Shown here one piece after another: positions 59,218 through 64,000 of a stretch of 64,000 nt of DNA (positions are counted from its first letter, which is position 1; every line of letters starts with the position of its first letter). The DNA lies in assembly GCA_964016885.1 (NCBI GenBank), contig OZ024740.1:417012001-417076000 (forward strand), written 5' to 3'. This DNA is from Eledone cirrhosa. Taxonomy: Eukaryota. The position numbers and the translations under genes are program-made. The notes beneath the pieces were generated by a model. The model was not told the origin of the DNA, searched no databases, and saw only the letters and a list, made by a program, of their open reading frames with translations.

Positions 59218-61230
59218 GTGGCTCAATCACACTTCGTGGCTGTGTGTCTCAGTCACACTTCGTGTTAGTGTGGCTCAGTCACACTTCGTGGTAGTGTGTC
59301 TCAGTCACACTTCGTGTTTGTGTGGCTCAGTCACACTTCGTGTTTGTGTGGCTCAGTCACACTTCGTGGTAGTGTGTCTCAGTCAACCTTCGTGTTTGTG
59401 TGGCTCAGTCACACTTCGTGTTTGTGTGGCTCAGTCACACTTCGTGGTAGTGTGTCTCAGTCAACCTTCGTGTTTGTGTGGCTCAGTCACACTTCGTGTT
59501 TGTGTGGCTCAGTCACACTTCGTGGTAGTGTGTCTCAGTCACACTTCGTGGCTGTGTGACTCAGTACACACTTCATGCCTGTATGGCTCAGTCACACTTC
59601 GTAGCTGTGTGGCTCAGTCACACTTCATGGTTGTGTGGCTCAGTCACACTTAATGGCTGCGTGACACAGTCACTCTTCGTGGATGTGTGGCTCAATCACA
59701 CTTCGTGTTTGTGTGGCTCAGTCACACTTCGTGGTAGTGTGTCTCAGTAAACCTTCGTGGTTGTGTGGCTCAGTCACACTTCGTGTCTGTGTGGCTCAGT
59801 CACACTTCGTGACTGTGTGGCTCAGTACACACTTCGTGCCTGTATGGCTCAGTCACACTTCGTGGCTGTGTGGCTCAGTCACACTTCGTGGTTGTGTGGC
59901 TCAGTCACACTTCGTGGCAGTGTGGCTCAGTACACACTTCGTGGCAGTGTGTCTCGGTCACACTTCGTGGTAGTGTGGCTCAGTCACATTTCGTGGCAGT
60001 GTGTTTCAGTACACACTTTGTGTTAGTGTGGATCAGTACACACTTCGTGGCAGTGTGGCTCAGTCACACTTCGTGGCAGTGTGGATCAGTCACACTTCGT
60101 GGTAGTGTGTCTCAGTCACACTTCGTGGCTGTGTGGCTTAGTCACACTTCGTGGCAGTGTGGCTCAGTCATACTTCGTGGTAGTGTGTCTCAGTCACACT
60201 TCGTGGCTGTGTGGCTCAGTCATACTTCGTGGTAGTGTGTCTCAGTCACACTTCGTGGCTGTGTGGCTCAGACACACTTCGTGGAAGTGTGGCTCAGTCA
60301 CACTTCGTGGTTGTGAGGCTCAGTCACACTTCGTGGTTATGTGGCTCAGTCACACTTCGTGGCAGTGTGGCTCAGTCAGACTTCGTGGCAGTGTGTCTCA
60401 GTCACACTTCGTGGTAGTGTGTCTCAGTCACACTTCGTGGTAGTGTGGCTCAGTCACACTTCGTAGCAGTGTGGCTCAGTCACACTTCGTGGCTGTGTGT
60501 CTCAGTCACACTTCGTGGCTGTGTGTCTCAGTCACACTTCGTGGATGTGTGGATCAGTACACACTTCGTAGCAGTGTGGCTCAGTCACACTTCGTGGGTG
60601 TGTGGCTCAGTCACACTTCGTGGTTGTGTGGCTCAGTCACGCTTCGTGGCTGTGTGGTCAGTCACACTTCGTGTTAGTGTGGCTCAGTACACACTTCGTG
60701 GCTGTGTGGCTCAGTACACACTTCGTGGCAGTGTGGATCGGTTCCACTTCGTGGCTGTGTGGCTCAGTTCCTCTTCGTGGTTGTGTGGCTCAGTTCCACT
60801 TCGTGGATGTGTGGCTCAGTACACACTTCGTGGCTGTGTGGCTCAGTTCCTCTTCGTGGGTGTGTGGCTCAGTACACACTTCGTGGCTGTGTGGCTCAGT
60901 ACACACTTGGTGGCAGTGTGGCTCGGTTCCACTTTGTGGCTGTGTGGCTCAGTTCCTCTTCGTGGTTGTGTGGCTCAGTTCCACTTCGTGGATGTGTGGC
61001 TCAGTACACACTTCGTGGCTGTGTGGCTCAGTACACACTTCGTGGCAGTGTGGCTCAGTTCCACTTTGTGGCTGTGTGGCTCAGTTCCTCTTCATGGTTG
61101 TGTGGCTCAGTTCCACTTCGTGGATGTGTGGCTCAGTACACACTTCGTGGCAGTGTGGCTCGGTTCCACTTCGTGGCTGTGTGGCTCAGTTCCACTTCGT
61201 GGATGTGTGACTCAGTACACACTTCGTGGT
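59218..61230. repeat. 26-bp (some 27-bp) minisatellite, ~75 copies
   Basis: Consensus GTGGCTCAGTCACACTTCGTGGCTGT; TTCCACTTC/TTCCTCTTC variants appear after ~60,740. Confidence 0.97.
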
Positions 61231-61318
61231 AACTCGGGCTGGTGTTTTATATTATAACTCTAGGTTACCCAATGACTTGGGAGTGAAATTTGATAGTTGG
61301 AAACTGTTGAAGCTCATT

Positions 61319-61424
61319 GTGTTTGTGTGCATGTGTGTGTGTATGTGCGTGTGTACATGTGTGTGTGTGCATGTGTGCATGCATGTGCATGTGTGTGTGT
61401 ATGCATGTGTGTGTGTGCGTGTGT
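61319..61424. repeat. Imperfect (TG)n/(TGCA) microsatellite
   Basis: Directly visible. Confidence 0.9.
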
Positions 61425-61495
61425 AGATATCTATGTTTACCTCTGTATCTGTATGTGTTTATGTACAAATAATTTAGTGGTTCAACTACAAGATT

Positions 61496-62710
61496 TAATA
61501 TTATCAACAACTAACTTCCTTCAAAGCAGTGCCCCAGTATGGCCAGAGTCAGTACTGGAATTTAATATAATCAACAACTAACTCCCTTCAAAGCAGTGCC
61601 CCAGTATGGCCAGAGTCAGTACTGGAATTTAATATTATCAACAACTAACTCCCTTCAAAGCAGTGCCCCAGTATGGCCAGAATCAGTACTGGAATTTAAT
61701 ATAATCAACAACTAACTCCCTTCAAAGCAATGCCCCAATATGGCCAGAATCAGTACTGGAATTTAATATTATCAACAACTAACTCCCTTCAAAGCAGTGC
61801 CCCAGTATGGCCAGAGTCAGTACTGGAATTTAATATTATCAACAACTAACTCCCTTCAAAGCAATGCCCCAATATGGCCAGAATCAGTACTGGAATTTAA
61901 TATTATCAACAACTAACTCCCTTCAAAGCAGTGCCCCAGTATGGCCAGAATCAGTACTGGAATATAATATTATCAACAACTAACTCCCTTCAAAGCAGTG
62001 CCCCAGTATGGCCAGAGTCAGTACTGGAATTTAATATAATCAACAACTAACTCCTTCAAAGCAATGCCCCAGTATGGCCAGAATCAGTACTGGAATTTAA
62101 TATAATCAACAACTAACTCCCTTCAAAGCAGTGCCCCAATATGGCCAGAGTCAGTACTGGAATTTAATATTATCAACAACTAACTCCCTTCAAAGCAGTG
62201 CCCCAGTATGGCCAGAATCAGTACTGGAATATAATATTATCAACAACTAACTCCTTCAAAGCAATGCCCCAGTATGGCCAGAATCAGTACTGGAATATAA
62301 TATTATCAACAACTAACTCCTTCAAAGCAATGCCCCAGTATGGCCAGAATCAGTACTGGAATATAATATTATCAACAACTAATTCCCTCAAAGCAATGCC
62401 CCAGTATGGCCAGAATCAGTACTGGAATTTAATATTATCAACAACTAACTCCTTCAAAGCAATGCCCCAGTATGGCCAGAATCAGTACTGGAATATAATA
62501 TTATCAACAACTAATTCCCTCAAAGCAATGCCCCAGTATGGCCAGAATCAGTACTGGAATATAATATTATCAACAACTAACTCCTTCAAAGCAATGCCCC
62601 AGTATGGCCAGAATCAGTACTGGAATATAATATTATCAACAACTAACTCCTTCAAAGCAGTGCCCCAGTGTGGCCACAGTATAATGACTCAAACTAGTAA
62701 AAGAATACAA
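61496..62710 (+). repeat. 67/66-bp minisatellite (~17 copies) ending in a SINE-like 3' tail
   Basis: Unit TCAACAACTAACTCCCTTCAAAGCAGTGCCCCAGTATGGCCAGA(G/A)TCAGTACTGGAATTTAATATTA at 61504, 61571, 61638 and onward. The last unit continues GGCCACAGTATAATGACTCAAACTAGTAAAAGAATA. Confidence 0.95.
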
Positions 62711-62876
62711 CATATTCCCCCAAAGCATGTTATCTAAAGCTACTGGATGTATATAAGTGTGTGACAACATAGATAAACTACTCATTCTCTCTTATATATA
62801 TACACATATATATATGAGGTCCGAGCACAAAAGAACCAAACTTCCATTGTCACTGCCTCTGTCTCTCCTACTCTCC

Positions 62877-63230
62877 TCATCTCTCACTATTGTGAGCAAA
62901 TGGGGGCCCACACGTTAGCCGCCTTGCAGCCCTGGTGGACAGAATAGAGAAGGTGTTTCCCCGGATGATGGTGAAGGAGATGCTCTGGAAAAGCCATTCC
63001 AGCTCGCGAGGCTCACACCTGTGGGAAGCCAACTCTGTGCCAATGGTGGTGAGCAGGGAGGTGGCCCTAGGGTCAAGGACACCAGAAGTCTTCACCGCCA
63101 TAAGCTCAACCACAAACTTGTCGGAGAGCAACCAATATTTGAAGAGTTTACCCTCCTTGATCCAAAGTACAGCAGAGCCTGGGTTAGTCACAGACTGCAC
63201 CAGGATAGAGGACTTCCAGCAAAAACTATT
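62877..63230 (-). pseudogene. C-terminal restriction-like endonuclease fragment of a CRE-clade non-LTR retrotransposon
   Basis: PGSAVLWIKEGKLFKYWLLSDKFVVELMAVKTSGVLDPRATSLLTTIGTELASHRCEPRELEWLFQSISFTIIRGNTFSIL matches the CRE C-terminal pattern (E..K..KY...F.P.AVET.G..G...IG......PRE..WL.QR.S.AI.RGNA.SIL). Family assignment is from recalled consensus. Confidence 0.75.
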
Positions 63231-63358
63231 TTGAAAATAATGAACACAATTTTACATCTAAATCCAACCATGGCTTTAAAACAATGGAATGTCTTCTTTC
63301 TAATAAATCTTTTGCTAACTTTCAGCAAAGCCTCTTCTACTTGATAAGGAACATTACT

Positions 63359-63808
63359 TTACCCTTTAGTTGCCAACCTGGCCAAAACTGGCTCTGGTTC
63401 TATAAAATAAAACCACCAATTTAAATTAAAATCTTCCAACATAATTTTATATAAGAACCTTACATTAAGTTACTGTCTTAGTAATAAAACAATTAATGAT
63501 TTTAGTAAATTCCTCAAAATTTTTCATTAATTAATTAAAATAGAGGCGGTGGATTGGCAGTATCGGTAGAGAGTCGGATGCCATGCTTTGATGCTGAGGT
63601 TAATTTTGCCTTTCATCCTTACAGGATCGATAAAATAAAATACCAGTAATGTACTGGGTAATTGCTTGCCTTGTGCCAAAAGTAGAAACAATTAAGTTAC
63701 TATTTTAGTAATAAAACAATTAATGATTTTAGTAAATTCCTCAAAATTCTTCATTAATTAATTAAAATAGAGAATATTTCATTATATATGTGGTGATGAA
63801 AGGTTCAA
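63359..63808. mobile_element. Possible old piggyBac-like MITE hosting a SINE
   Basis: Starts TTACCCTTTAGTTGCCAACC and ends GGTGATGAAAGGTTCAA (degenerate TTAACCCTTT...AAAGGGTTAA ends), with an AT-rich interior. Confidence 0.4.
63546..63690 (+). mobile_element. SINE family A copy lacking the B-box segment, flanked by an 82-bp direct repeat
   Basis: GGCGGTGGATTGGCAGTATCGGTAGAG head is joined directly to GCTGAGGTTAATTTTGCC. Flanks 63464-63545 and 63691-63772 match at 79/82. Confidence 0.85.
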
Positions 63809-63940
63809 TGTAGAATGTTTGTACACAAGATATACAGTGGGATCACAGGCAGGCTTACAGAAAAGGTATGACAGAAACACGGGGACAGTTGGTAGTAAGA
63901 ACACCAGTGAAATAAACTCTTTCCAAGCTTTGATGGTTCC
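63809..63940 (+). pseudogene. Decayed RTE fragment (PHD-insert region)
   Basis: CRMFVHKIYSGITGRLTEKV...NSF..DGS aligns by eye to CKVWVHKRCSGITGKLTKNI...SSFHCTDGS at 56637-56784. Confidence 0.6.
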
Positions 63941-63944
63941 TTAA

Positions 63945-64000
63945 CCCTTTAGCATTTAAACCGGCCATATCCGGCCAGAATTCTTTCACCTCTTTCTGTT
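63945..64000. mobile_element. Left end of a probable piggyBac-like MITE, truncated by the window edge
   Basis: TTAA (63941-44) followed by CCCTTTAGCATTTAAACCGGCCATATCCGGCC; it interrupts the RTE remnant. The other end is not visible. Confidence 0.45.

Larger units (their letters stand above)
58015..59219. repeat. Fold-back palindrome built from a 472-bp tandem unit (arms 58099-58623 and 58691-59219, 67-bp spacer)
   Basis: ATGTAAGTATGCATG recurs at 58015 and 58487. 58624-59219 is the reverse complement of the same tandem sequence. The ORF track gives the same peptides on opposite strands (58440+/58878-, 58027+/58819-). Confidence 0.95.

Noticed and set aside
59216-61257. Long Cys/Trp/His-rich ORFs (up to 270 aa)
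   Set aside because: The 26-bp repeat lacks stops in all + frames; the peptides cycle through frames and start at alternative codons.

Overview
Eukaryotic, gene-free, repeat-dominated window. The SINE/RTE repertoire looks octopod (cephalopod) from recollection, not from a search. Bases 1-~49,105 are one 41-bp satellite array (~1,200 monomers, consensus GATCATAGCATATACTCCTCACTAGATAACACTACCTCAAT) with nested higher-order duplications (3.4 kb, ~6-7 kb, 3.03 kb) and a degenerating right edge. The remaining 15 kb is a transposon graveyard: hAT and mariner MITEs, a Penelope GIY-YIG remnant, several RTE LINE copies (RT with an in-frame PHD finger), two tRNA-SINE families, a CRE-type endonuclease remnant, and 26-bp and 67/66-bp minisatellites. 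Four observations stand out. (1) The major 41-bp monomer is a centrally bulged, near-full-length complement of let-7 (17 Watson-Crick pairs + 1 G:U of 22 nt), repeated hundreds of times on one strand. (2) A 1.2-kb fold-back palindrome is built from more-than-unit-length copies of a 472-bp unit carrying a type I hammerhead ribozyme (retrozyme/Penelope-pLTR-like). (3) A second, unrelated minimal hammerhead lies at 53.3 kb. (4) Tandem hairpin + pseudoknot modules covary across copies of the RTE/SINE 3' tail. No host protein-coding gene is supported; most provided ORFs are repeat artefacts.
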